Below are positions 1 through 12,526 of a stretch of 64,000 bases of DNA, piece by piece (positions within the stretch are counted from its first letter, which is position 1; every line of letters begins with the position of its first letter). This DNA comes from Balanoglossus misakiensis (Eukaryota > Animalia > Hemichordata). Under the pieces are notes generated by a model. That model was not told where the DNA came from, made no database searches, and was given only the letters and a program-made list of their open reading frames with translations. The stretch covers positions 8,184,001 through 8,248,000 of the forward strand of contig CM082590.2 of assembly GCA_040954595.2 (NCBI GenBank), given 5' to 3'. The translations under genes and the position numbers were made by a program.

Positions 1-2
1 AG

Positions 3-871
3 CTCCAAGGTTTCCTGAGTCAGAGATGCAATGAAATGAAGGGAGAAGCCGACATTCTTTCCGTCAATCAGTTCCAAACAGCGCCGTCTATCCTGCAACT
101 ACAGAACATTGACAGCGTGGCGGCCATGTTGGCTCAGGTCAATGAGGTCATTAATAATCTGACCTCTGGCAGGATGCAGCATCTATTTCTCATCAGAAGT
201 TCCCCTAAGTGAGTGTATTTTAAACACAAAATGCAGGAAATACCAAAAATTGTCTATGTGATTCAAATCGGGAACAATTTTAGCAAAAATTTTGTGAAAA
301 ACGATGAAAATGTTGCACCACATTTCGACAAGAAAAAATGGAGTCCAAACAGTTAATACCATTCAACCAACCCTTCATTATTCACAGGTATGTTGACAGA
401 TTAACAGAATCATTGAAACAGAAACTAGAGCAAGCAGAGAAAATGTTGGCATCTCAGAATGCAGTGGCTGAGCAAAGGAAAGCGGTTTTAGCAGAACAGA
501 AACAGATTGAACCAAAAGTTGGCGTTCTGGTGTCAAAAACAAAGGAACTTCAAAAACAGGTATATCATTCCGTTCATAATAAGCAATACCTGAAGCAGAA
601 GCATTAGTTTATTATGTGTTAAAGATCAGCACGGCTGTACTTCTATCTGTAACTGTGTTGGCATGGTCCTGGGCAAAATATTGAAGGAGGCAGCCATATT
701 GTCTCAAATTTGAATATTCAAAATGGCCGCCATCTCTGTGTTAATCTATGGAGAAAAGTATACAAATTCACCCAACAACTTTTTTGTGCTCTCTTGCAGA
801 TTGAAGCAGACATCTCCAAACGATACAAGAACCGACCTGTCAATTTAATGGGTGCAATCAATCTGATATAA
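3..871 (+). CDS. CDK5RAP3: CDK5 regulatory subunit-associated protein 3 (C53/LZAP), last three coding exons (5'-partial)
   Basis: Exons 3-208, 388-559 and 800-871 have GT-AG borders and keep frame. They read LQGFLSQRCNEMKGEADILSVNQFQTAP...HLFLIRSSPKYVDRLTESL...KELQKQIEADISKRYKNRPVNLMGAINLI*, matching the known CDK5RAP3 C-terminus. Confidence 0.93.
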
Positions 872-2035
872 AATTAATTATATAGTTTCAATTTATGATT
901 TATCATTGTATATTGTCGCGTAGTGTCAATACATACTTACAATTCTGTGGAAAATGTTTATTATTAAAAATAATTATATCTATCAGTTAAGTCTGCATAT
1001 GTGTATATTGTTTCTTTATCTGCCAATTTATTGTGTACTGAGTTTCGTTCCTAAGAAATGAAAAACAAAATGCAAGACAGAAAGCTTTTATATGTTTATT
1101 TCAGAAAAAAATTATATACATGAAATTTGCTATAGCTTATAAACACTACATCATGGCTAGAACACTACACAACCAAATTTTCCCAAATTAAAAGATACAT
1201 TATGTAGATACAGAATTTCACTTTGGGCCATTAACATTTCAACCAAGACAAAAAAAAAAACAAGACAAAAACAAACAAATGTCCCATCAACAGGTGGAAT
1301 TCATTCTTTGTAACCATTTCACAGTCATTGGATTTGATTTCAGATGCGGAAATATTTTTTTGAAGAATTTTAACTGCTTATTTTACCCACCCCAGTTGAT
1401 AACAAGACCATACAAAATTTATGAAGGGATGTACAGCAAGTTATTATCAGAAAACAACATGCAACTCTTAAAACAGACTGCAATGGTTGAAATTATTATT
1501 ATTGTCGATATATTGCTGATGTAGCCTTACCATTTTGACATGAATGAAACATAGATGCTCATTGGCTGATTGCTCAAAGAAACCACAACAACATGATCCA
1601 ATGATAAGACCTGTTACATGATTTCACCAATTAACTAAAGACAGTATTGAAATTTGCTACAAATGAAAGGCAGATGCTTACTGGCTGATGAATGTCTTTG
1701 CCACAAAGAAACCACTACCAACATCCAATGACTAGTCACGTTCCATTATGATCTCAATTTCACCCACACAGACCAAGTGAATTTCTGTACATGCATTCTG
1801 ATACTATACTACAACTAGGGCTGTAGAAGATAACGTCAAAATATTATCACAAACGATGTTTATAACGAGACACTATATCTGCATGTAACCCCTTGAATGT
1901 CTGTACATATCTAACATGAACATCAAAAAAAAAAATCAAGAAAACTTTGACATAAATTATAAGAATACCAAACTAAGTGATTATCATTATTAATAATATA
2001 ATCCTCCAAAAATTCCTAACAACATTGCCCTATAC

Positions 2036-2128
2036 TTAACCCTCTCACCCCCAGTTCCCTCTTTAGAGATCCAACTTTACCATAGAAAACAATGTGTTTG
2101 GACTGAACCATGGTAGTGAAAGGGTTAA
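2036..2128. mobile_element. About 93-bp piggyBac-like MITE (representative of about 20 copies)
   Basis: TTAA-CCCTTTCACC...GGTGAAAGGG-TTAA termini. Other copies at about 3077, 4626, 9707, 19896, 23316, 23898, 24346, 30008/30200, 35136, 37305, 39528, 51043, 51362, 51840, 51932, 52113, 53177, 53660 and 59750. Confidence 0.85.
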
Positions 2129-4736
2129 ACTGCCCCTACTTTCGAATAAAAAAACAACAAAATAGTCGAAAATAAAAATCCTAAACACAAAAACTCTCTC
2201 TAAATTCTAACATAATCACTAACTCATTTCAATGACTTAGAAAACTTACAGTAAGTACTAAGAAATGAGAATATCTCAGTACATGTTAAAGATATCACAC
2301 ATAATTTCAAACTTTCATATTAAAATATACATATATATATTTTTGAAGTTATCAGATGAAAACTAGTCTTGAAATTTAAATCTCAAAAAGAAAGAAAAAT
2401 ATTCCATTTCAAAAGTTATTTTCTTTAACAAGCCATATATGAGCTTAATTTTATTATATGTAGTATGTACCTCAAAAGATCAGGCTTTAATTTTTCTTTC
2501 GCATTTTCTCAATGAAAATTTAACTATTTTCTTTTGAAATAAAAAAAAATGACAGTATATTTTTAGAGACATTAATTATCACAAAGCAATAGTTGGGCAA
2601 ACCTTGACTACCGGTATACTGATATTTGAAATTTAAAATTGCCACTTTTTTGGTGAAATTCAAAATGGCTGCCGAACTTTTAATCTCCATGGCATACAGT
2701 TGAATTTTGGATTTTCTGTACGAATGTTAACTCCAATTTCTCATCGTTATTCCGTACGACATGAATTTTGCAACGAATTCCAGGATTTCAGCCATATTTT
2801 GGGGTGCACCTGTAATCTGTGTACTTAAAATTTACTCATGTATTTCTTGAAGCTAAATTCATAAAAATAATGCGAAAAGTGGTTGTTTAACTGTTATACA
2901 CTATACTACACTACTCAGATAACGGCAAAAACAAGTTACAGTCACATCTAACCATGGAGATTCGCACATCTTCAAGTGATCAACATGACATCAAAAAATA
3001 ACTCAAATGTACGGGAACGAGAACTAACCGTTCCAACAAAAGATTTCTTGGACTTCGCTAACAAGCACATCTACATCAACCCTTTCACCCCCAGCTCCCT
3101 GTTTAGAGGTCCAACCTTACCATAGATCACAATGGGTTTGGACTGAACCATGGTGGTGAAAGGGTTGTAAAGAAACAATGTCAATAAAATTTTGTAAGTA
3201 AAACAAAAACGTACCTGAAGTGAACTAAGTAATTAAACTATAGTCGAATACTGAAAAACAAAATGGACGAAAGCTTATTGAAAAAAAATAATTCCATTGG
3301 AGAAAAATGAGTAGAAACATAAAACTAAGAAATTTCCCAAATATACCACTGAGCTACAACACGACAAATGATGTATAATCTTTTTGGGCTGATGGACTAG
3401 CTATGAATCAACAATAAAGGAAAATTTTAACAGCTGCAAGATGTAAATAAATATTTCACTAATCATAATGCTTTTATGCAGAATAATTTTGAAGCTACCA
3501 GAGCATGCTGTAGCATAGCCAGGGAGAAGTCAATACACATTTTCATCATAATTTTTACAGAAAAAAAATATCACATTTCATAGTTTGCTGAACCAAAGAA
3601 ACATAATGATAACTTTTTTTTAAAATTTACAAACGCTGGAAGAACAATTTTGAAAATATGCTGATTTTTTTGGTGTTTTCTTGCTGATCTCTGCAAACTA
3701 CAGAAAGTGCAAATATTGATAAATTCGCATAATCTGAATGAAAAGTATTCAATATAAGAAAGAAAACTGGTACTAGTGTTTTTCAAATTTTATAAGAAAA
3801 AAAAATTAAATGATTTTAGATTTAATCTAACAAAGTATACAAACTATTTTATCTTGATTATGAAAGTTTCGAACAAAAAATCGTTCTCAAATAACAACTA
3901 TACATCTGACTTCGCCTTTCCTGAATTAAAACAAATCTTTTGAAGAATTTGGGAGGCACTGAATTTTATCAAAAATGCCCTTGGCTGAAAAGGCTCCTTA
4001 TCAGTACCACAAAATTGAGCAATTTCAAAAGCTACACTAAAAATAAAACTTCTACAGAAAAAAAAAATATATATATCACTTTCTACTTGTACATGTATAT
4101 GCCTTGTTTTGAAATGCAGTCAATCCCCAACAACCAAAAAACATGGTAACAGTTTTGATAGGAAACTGGGGTCGCAAAGTAGAACTTATAAATCATGAAC
4201 GACATAATACTGAACGAGCAGAATCATCAAAATCACACAATTTATACAAAATGTGCTGTGCTTGTACCTGATGAATCATGACACGTTATGTTCAACATAC
4301 TGCACATCAACATAATGTTCAGGAACATGATTACTGTCACAAAACATGCGGCCAGACTACCGTACATAACTTGCCAATGTTGAACATTCTGCTTTGCAGT
4401 TTAAACAAAAATGGTATGCTTTTAGTGCTTTTAGTCTGAATATGACACAAAACTGTGGTTTTGAGAGTTCAATTTCAACCTACTGTATTACAAGATTATT
4501 TCCCTCTGTGATGACAGTGAAATTTAAGGCAATGCTACCACTACAGTACTCCGTCATAAGTCTCTCTCCTCTTGGTCAAGAACGACCGGTATAAAAAATT
4601 CACCTTTACAGCTTTGTACAATTTTTTAACCCTTTCACCCCTAGTTCCTTGTACAAAGGTCCGACTTTACCACAGAAAACGATGGATTTGGACCGAACCA
4701 TGGCGGTGAAAGGGTTACACAGGGGGGCTTAGTGTG

Positions 4737-5742
4737 TCAGTTGGCGGTCACCGAGCTTTGAGAGGTCTGCAGTTCGGTTGTGGCCATCTGGGCCATGGTG
4801 GTCAGCGCCGAGGTGGCCACAGCTTCGGCCGCAGTCACACTGGTCACTTGCTGGCTGGAGGAGACGGCGCTGATGGTCTTGTGGTCAGTGACCACGTGAC
4901 TTGCTGAAACTGGAAAGAAAGAAAATCAGTCAACATCTACAGTGCAGAATCTCACACTCCCAAGGAACTGGGATCATATTTCTCACACGAGTTTGGGAAT
5001 ATCCCCGACGAGTGTGAGAAATATGATCCCAGGTGCTTGGGAGTGTGAGATTGTCTTCTCACACGGCCACAAATAAGCCAAATCCATTAAAAAACATTTA
5101 ATAAATGGCTCTGGAACTGTCGTCTGGGGGCACATTGTAGTCTCTGTCCTTATAATACACATCGCGCTATTGGATAACATTTAGTGCGTGTTAGCAAGAA
5201 CGCTTTGTCAACCAATCAGCACATGTCCAATAGGCCTATTTCCAGCTCTACAATGCAGTGCGTGCCTCCCTTAGACCCTATTGGCTGATGTTGGTAGGTC
5301 TCACCTGCTAACATCTGGTGTTGTGTTTTCTGCTGCAGCATGGTGATTGGACAGTCCTTATGTGCCAATAGGAGCTGCTTCAAGTGTGCCACTTCATTCC
5401 GTAACGTGGTGACTTCGTTCTGTCAGGAGAGGTATAGCAGAAAATGTTCAGTTGTGCACAAACTGACAGATGCATGTGTAAAGTCAGTAAACACATAAAT
5501 GCATGTGCTCTCACACACACACACATTGAGGTTTTATTTTCTAAAAGCATCATTAGCTGTAAACGCGGAAGTGGGTTTTAAGAAATGTATTAACCATGTG
5601 ACCCGGCCCCCTTCTGCTTTTTGCCAAGTAGGGAAATACTACACTACAAATATACATACATATGTACGTACGTACGTACGTACGTACGTACGTACGTACG
5701 TACGTACGTACATCCATCCATCCATCCATCCATCCATCCATC

Positions 5743-5776
<34 letters not shown>

Positions 5777-8700
5777 TACATACATAAGCCCACACAAAGA
5801 CACGGACACATAGAGGTAAATGCACACAGACACGCAGACAAATACATCCATACATATACATACACACAGACATAAATACACACACACACACACACACACA
5901 AACCATACAGACCTGTAATTGATGATTCATTTGCGTCAACTCCTCCGCTTTCCCTTCCAATGAATTGATCCACACTTTCTTCTTATTCCGGCATCGCATG
6001 GCCGCCGCTCGATTCCTCTCTAGAAACTTCTTCCGTCGCTGATCGGGATCATCGTGCGTGTTCCGTCGTCTCCTTCTTCGGGAAAGAAGGGAAAAAAATT
6101 ATAGAAGAAATACTCCAAGTGGCTTAAAGGGTAAGAGAGAGTTTTAGAACTGAAGTGCATCTTGTGAAATTTTTCTCTTATCAAAAGTCTTCTTGACTAA
6201 AATCTTGACAGAAATGCAAAATTTTTAGCTATACTTAAATTTTGACACGTTTTAAGGAAAAGATGAGAATTTCTACTGAGAGCAACCATTTACTTGAGAT
6301 TATATTTTTTAATGGTAACTGTGGTTGATGTTTCTTATTTGGGCACCAGAGGGCGCTGGTCCCACAAATTACAGTGGTTCACAAAACGCTTGACAATTCT
6401 TATCATCACTCACTTCAAAGGTTCTGTTTGCTGTTGGTGTTGTTGTTGATGCTGTTGTTGTCGTTGGAGTTCTTCCTCCTGTCGCCTAGTGACCACCTCC
6501 ACGGCCTGTGACATCACGTTCATGTTCCCCTGTGTTAAGGCGGCCTTCAATTTCTGCAAAAATAAACAACCGTCGTACATTCAGAAACGAATATATCCCA
6601 ACATGTATTTGTGTTAGTGGCCACCCGTATATAGAAACAGTTACAGTCTATTAAAGGTACACAGTCACCTCTGATTACATACGCCCATTTATGGCTGAAA
6701 TGGCGTATTTGAGTGTTCTAAACAACATATAGTGGTGTTCTTTTTTCGTTATTAAGTAATACACTATACAGTCAAACCTGTGTTAGTGACCGCCTCTATA
6801 TAGTGGCCACTTTGTTACAGTCCCTGTGCAATTAACATGTACAGTCAAACCTGTGTTAGTAGCCACCTCTATATAGCGGCCACTTTGTTACAGTCCCTGT
6901 GCAATTTACATGTTCATTAATTGACTTGTCTATAGGCAAGTTTAGGGAAGTCCCTTGACTGGCCATTATAGACAGGTTTGACTGTATCAGAAATCAATAT
7001 TATTACAGTCAAACCGGTTATATAGCGGTCACCTCTATATAGTGGCCACTTTGTTACAGTCCCTGTGCAATTCACAGGTGTGTTAATTAAAGGTATACAG
7101 TCACCTCCAATTTACATACGCCCATATAAGGCTGAAATGGCGTATTTGAGCATTCTAAAGAACAAATGGTGGCGCTCTTTTTTCGCGTGTGCCACCCACT
7201 GAAAATCTGTGATTGGCTAGATCTCAATTTGCCATGGTAACTATGGCTAATTTTCCATAGGTGACTGTATACCTTTAACCTCTATAGAAAGGCCACCTGT
7301 CTATTAAGGCCAGTTTAGGAAAGTCCCTTGACTGGCCACTATAGACAGGTATGACTGTACAACTATAAATTATTGTTATTATCATATCGCAGCATAACTC
7401 ACCAGCTTGGCTTCTGACGTTGTACTAGCTTGTTGTTGTTGTTGTTGTATTTGGGCTGGCACGGCGTGTTGGAATGCGGAAATAGCGGTGGGTACAGGCA
7501 CATTGGGATTGGCAACAGATGCCGGTAGTGCCACTGGCAACGTGGCACCATTTGGAAGTTGTAAGACGATTGGTACGGTAGACACATTATTTTGTCTAGG
7601 ATGGGACAAAAAAAAAACAAGACAAAATTTATAGTAAATGTTTCTAGTGAACAATGACCACTGGTTTTGATTCATGTAAAATTTGGAAGTTGTAAGACGA
7701 TTGTTAGGTAGACACATTATTTTGTCTAGGATGTGAGACAAAAGAAAAAGAGAAAATCTTGAAACCTGTTTCTAAAGAACAACAACCACTGGTTTTGAGG
7801 CATGTAACATTTGGAAGTCGTAAGACGATTGGTACTGTAGAAACATTATTTTGTCTAGGATGTGACAAAACAAAACGAGACAAAATTATATAGTACATCT
7901 TGAAACCTGTTTCTAATGGACAACAACCACTGGTTTTGATTCATGTAGCATTTGGAAGTTGTAAGACAATTGGTACGGTAGACACATTATTTTGTCTAGG
8001 ATGTGACAAAACAAAACGAGACAAAATTAACAATAAAACCTGTCTGAAACAAACCCTCTCTAATCTGGAAACCTACTTATAACAAACAACAGTTACCATT
8101 TGGACGTTGCAGGAAGATTGGTACCATAGAAACGTTATGTCTAGGATGGGGTAAGACAAAATTAGGCAAAATAATCATATGAAATTGGGTAATTTACGCA
8201 GATAGTGAGCGGTAAATGTGGAAACTTTTGAACTTACATGCACTGAACATCGGGGTCAAAATATGCCCCTTTCCAAAGTTAGAGTAAATATGCAGAAATC
8301 ATTTCAATTTTTCCTGGCTCTCATCAACACTGTACAGCAGTACAAGGTAACTGAATCAGACTGCAGGATTTCCCATCTATCTGTATACATAATGCTACTG
8401 GGTGTCATATCTGTTTAGTGTGTCAAATACGTATTTGCCACTTTTTCTTCTTAAACGTATTTTGACTGTCTTGGCATGGCTCTCGTACGTACTTAGACAC
8501 ACTTGGCAGTCTGAGCCCCCAGTAAAATGTACCAAATCGCACTGGTTTGCACTGTATTGGTTTGAGGGTCTTGTATAGGCCCTACTGATTAACACACACT
8601 TGGCAGTCTAACGGGCCTGGGAGCCAGGATTCTAGGCACCCTGGAAATCACACCAGTTTTAACCGACTTGGCAGCGTTAGGGTTAAGGGTCTTGTAGAAG

Positions 8701-9491
8701 CCCTACTGATTAACACGCACTTGGCAGTCTAACAGGCCTGGGAGCCAGGATTCTAGGCACCCTGGAAATCAAACCAGCTTTAACTGACTTTGCAGAGTTA
8801 GGGGTATAAACTCACCCGGCCTGAATGTGCGCGATCATCTGCGAGGGCGCCTGTGTGGTGATGGAGGTGGCCGCGATGGGCGTCGTCACGGTCACCGGCT
8901 CCTGGACCGAGGAGTGCACCACGATCTCGTCGTCCGTGCTGGTCGTCGTGGATACCACCTCCGGCGAGTGCCTGATGTCGGCGCTCGACGTGATGATATG
9001 AGTTTGTTGCGCGGTTTCCACCATGGGCCCTGTGATGATAACTGTCGTTGTTGGAGGCTCATGAATAACCTCTTCCATGGCCTGAAAAATATTTTTTAGA
9101 AAAACGATTCACATCAATAATTTCCATATTTTCACATTTAAATTCATTGAACAGAATTCAACCAATAGTAATACTGTTATCAATAATTTCAATATTTTTC
9201 ACATTTAAAGTCATTGAAAAACAGAATTCAACAAATAGTATTCTGTTAGCCTACCATTCAATGTATTATTGAATACACATTGCCTGGCCATGAAAATAGG
9301 CCAGGAAATGTGTGTTTCATAACATAACTCATGACCATGTCCTGATATGAACTAGTATTAGTCATGTGACTGGGTAACAGTACATGTGACTATTTCCCTA
9401 GGGAAATAGCCATTCTATTTTCCTATCATATGACTGATTTAAGCGAATCACAACAAAGCATGAGGTGTGTTGTCATCTACACTTTCCCTAA

Positions 9492-9528
<37 letters not shown>

Positions 9529-12526
9529 GAAGTTGTCGATCACTTACCTCTTTCTCTGATTGTTGTTTTTCTGCCGCCTTTTTAAACTCATGCTCAAACG
9601 GATTGACGTTGGGGAGCTCGTTGAAGAGGCCCACTTCCTCGCAGTTCTTCAGGAATCGTGTCGGTGTCGGCGTCTGGTCGGCTGTGAGGGGCAAAACACG
9701 AGTGAATTAACCCTTTCATCACCATGGTTTGGTCCAACTCCAATGTTATCAACAGTGAAGCTGGACCTCTATACCGGGAAATAGGGGGTGTATGGCTTAG
9801 AGGGGCACATTTCCTACTCAGTACAGTCCTTGTGAGGAAGATTAACATGAAAATTAAAGCTGCAAGCAGCGTTGAAGGGGCCCAAGCATAGTGTGAATAA
9901 CCATTAGACTCCATTCAGTGTTGTACAATTCAAATGCGTAGGCTGTATTTGCTCTCGATGTTGAGATATTGGGAAGTAGGCAACCACCCGAAATGCATGT
10001 CCTACAAGTACAAACACAACAACCAAAGGTGAACTTCTACGTTGTAAGTACTTCAGTAAGTACATCAAAGGTCAGCTGAGGTACCCAAAATTGGGACAAA
10101 AATTAGGATTCTCTTTTGGTTCATATTCAAGACAACGGAAAATCCCCGCCCTTTGGGTTTGTCAAATTAGATATGGCCATAATAATGAGTTACGCAAGTA
10201 AGTTACAGGTGGCCCCAGGAATTTAGCATTTCATGACACAGAGGGTCCTACCCTACCCCTCCAAACACCTGGCTATATATGATGTGCATGCTAACATATG
10301 GAAAGCAGGTCAATGGACACCTGACGTCACCCAAAAATTTGACAATAAATTGTCATTCCTGTTTATGTCATGTGCAACAAATCATGCATCTGCAGCCCTT
10401 CCACTTTGCCTACCATTAGGTATACATGTAATACATGAATCAAGCAGGTGTCACAGGTATCCCCTTGTATTTGGCATTTCATGATAATTTCATCCCTCCA
10501 AATACCAAAGCTGCACCTGTACAACGTGCTGAGATGTGGCACTGTACGACAGAGGTCATCCAAATCACCTTATACGTTTGGGCAAAAATCAACTGACACA
10601 CATTCGTCCCTGTGGAACAAAAACCACACATATCGCCCCGTTGGTTAGTGTAAAATTAAATGTACAAAATCAATGACTTTGGCAGGTGCAACAGGTGACC
10701 CCGCCTTTGGTATACCATTATGGTCCTATCCGTATATCCCCCCACTCCAAACCTGCATGCATCTGCTTTTATTCACTAAGCAAAAGCAGGTGAAATGTCA
10801 CATAAGGTCGCCCACAACTTGACAGGAAAATCGGACTTCATATTGATCCATGTGCAACAAAAATCACGCTAGCATCCCTTTCATTGACCCCACAATTACG
10901 CATGCACATAATTGAGCTACGCAGGTGACCCCCGAAACGGGCGTATTATTTTGGTCCCATACAGCTGCATGAACCTACGTGCCATTACGGGCGACCTGAT
11001 AACCCCCACGGCCACCTGCGAGCCGACCCCCATACTGAACATCCAGTTGCAATGTCTTGACTGAAGTAGGAACTTTTGAACGGCAACGAAGCCTGATCTC
11101 TGATTATTGCTGGTACCATACTCCCTTCGTGCAAGAAAATCACTGGTCTGCTTACGTATTCGGCCGATTTCCCGAACTAATACCCACTACATGTGACTAC
11201 CATGCTAATGAAACCTGACTCGCCCATTAGCGACTGAGGGTCAAAGTCCACTGCCGCAATGTTAACCAGTGTAGCCGGGTCTGGATAGAAACATTTGAAC
11301 GGCAACAGCTAACAAACTCAGCGTACTTCAATAAAACGCCCTAACACAGACTGAACTCTGATAATGTGTTGTCCCAAAATTCATTCCGTGGAAAATAATC
11401 ACTGGTCTGTTTACGTATTTCAGCCGATTTTCCAACGAAGTGTGTACCCTGCTAATGAGACCTCCGCAGGATTACGTAATGACAGTGAAAGTCCGATACC
11501 CAAGTGTTCGTCCTCAGCCCACCAAAAAATGCGAAAAATATTACAAAAATCTTCTTCTCAAAATCGACTTGGCCTAGGACCTTGAAATTTGGCACAGGCG
11601 ATTTTGGACACATAGTCTACAAAAATCGCGAAAAGAATGTACATGCCCCCATTAACGTGCACATTAGGTCAATTTGAAAATTTCGCTCGATTACAGACAC
11701 AAAGTCACGTGACTAATTACAAATTCAAAGGGCAGGTGCACTAGTACTCATGGGCCCCAACCACCGTGCAAAATTTGGTAGGCGCAGCTGCCGGAATTTC
11801 AGAGAAAAACGGGCGCAAAAAAACGACTCAAGAAGAAAGAAGAAAAACTCCAGCAATAACAGAAGGGGACCAAGCGCCTGAGGGCGCTTGGTCCCCTAAT
11901 TACTAGACTAGGTTTATAAATTTTTCCAGTAATGAATTTGCAGTAACACATATAGCTGAAATGGCATATATTTGAGTGTGAACGATCTCAAACCTACCTG
12001 TTGATTTATGTTTCCTTACTTAGGTGGTCCAAAACTATCAGAATACCCAACCTTAGGGGGTAAATTCGTAAGATTGCATGCAGAGATTCAAACTTACCTA
12101 CTGGTAAAATATCGCCTAACTTAGGTGGTCCAAACTTCAGCGTCATCTCGTGTTTTTGTTTGTGCACAGTTAAGTGGTCTTCATTGGTGAACCTCTGGAT
12201 GTCAACAATAAACAAGGAGAATGGTGAGTGTACTATTTCCATGGCAACAGTCATATCAAAATAGGGTCTGATTTGTTATGGTCTAAATTGCTAGAAAGGT
12301 GAAAGAAAATGGAAATATTTATCATGTCAAGGGCAAGTGGATAGAGCGGTGTCTGTAATAGACAGGTTTAACTGTATACATTTTGGATTTCAACTCAAGG
12401 TCTGTGGACATTTCAAGGACATTACAAAAAAACGTGTGCTTTTTTATCGTAATTTTTCTTTCTTTTTATTCTCACCTGACCACAGCCTGGAGCTGTGCAT
12501 GCAAACGGTTTATCATCGTCACCCAT
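4737..12526 (-). CDS. ATF2: ATF2/ATF7/CREB5-family bZIP transcription factor, about 443 aa, 9 coding exons
   Basis: Exons (minus): 12476-12526, 12098-12194, 9548-9681, 8816-9081, 7403-7595, 6414-6553, 5913-6075 (or 6072), 5305-5419, 4737-4909; total 1332 nt in frame. Contains the C2H2 finger [29 protein letters not shown], the MAPK site [27 protein letters not shown], the b[28 protein letters not shown]...LLLAHKDCP and AEAVATSAL. The symbol denotes the ATF2/ATF7/CREB5 pro-orthologue. Confidence 0.93.
4948..5052. repeat. About 105-bp hairpin in the last ATF intron
   Basis: AATCTCACACTCCCAAG..CTGGGATCATATTTCTCACAC...GTGTGAGAAATATGATCCCAG..CTTGGGAGTGTGAGATT. Confidence 0.85.
5662..5901. repeat. 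Compound microsatellite (TACG)n-(CATC)n-(CA)n
   Basis: Directly visible; lies in the intron splitting the bZIP domain. Confidence 0.95.
6767..7359. mobile_element. Adjacent Tc1/mariner-like MITEs (TA-CAGTCAAACC...GGTTTGACTG-TA)
   Basis: Copies at 6767-6986 and 7004-7359 (the second interrupted by the Kolobok-like MITE). Fragments near 12340-12377, 30620-30690 and 53038-53170. Confidence 0.75.
7087..7278. mobile_element. Kolobok-like MITE (TTAA TSD, AGG...CCT ends) nested in a Tc1/mariner-like MITE
   Basis: TTAA-AGGTATACAGTCACCT...AGGTGACTGTATACCT-TTAA. Full copies also at 33182-33375 and 44133-44326 (inverted); fragments near 6651 and 24472. Confidence 0.75.
7550..8170 (-). repeat. Tandem array (about 130-145 bp period, 5 units) of an ATF intron/exon junction
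   Basis: TCCTAG|ACAAAATAATGT..TACCAATC.TCTTAC.ACTTCCAAAT recurs with exon-start positions 7595 (true), 7725, 7854, 7995 and about 8140. Confidence 0.88.
8391..8810 (-). mobile_element. Inverted copy of the ~436-bp piggyBac-like element
   Basis: Reverse complement matches 13326-13761, as seen in the shared spurious translation [25 protein letters not shown]. Confidence 0.78.
9851..11901 (-). mobile_element. Helentron-associated non-autonomous element (HINE/DINE-1-like), about 2 kb, in an ATF intron
   Basis: One end has ATTAGGGGACCAAGCGCC-CTCA-GGCGCTTGGTCCCCT (palindrome) followed by a CTT-rich tract. The other end has a subterminal inverted copy GCTTGGGCCCCTT plus a short hairpin GCTGCTTGCAGC ending in a T-rich site. 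No long ORF. Confidence 0.72.

Noticed and set aside
5499-5999. Several overlapping 85-150 aa ORFs (YVRT/CVCV repeats)
   Set aside because: Translations of a microsatellite; only 5913-6075 is real coding sequence.
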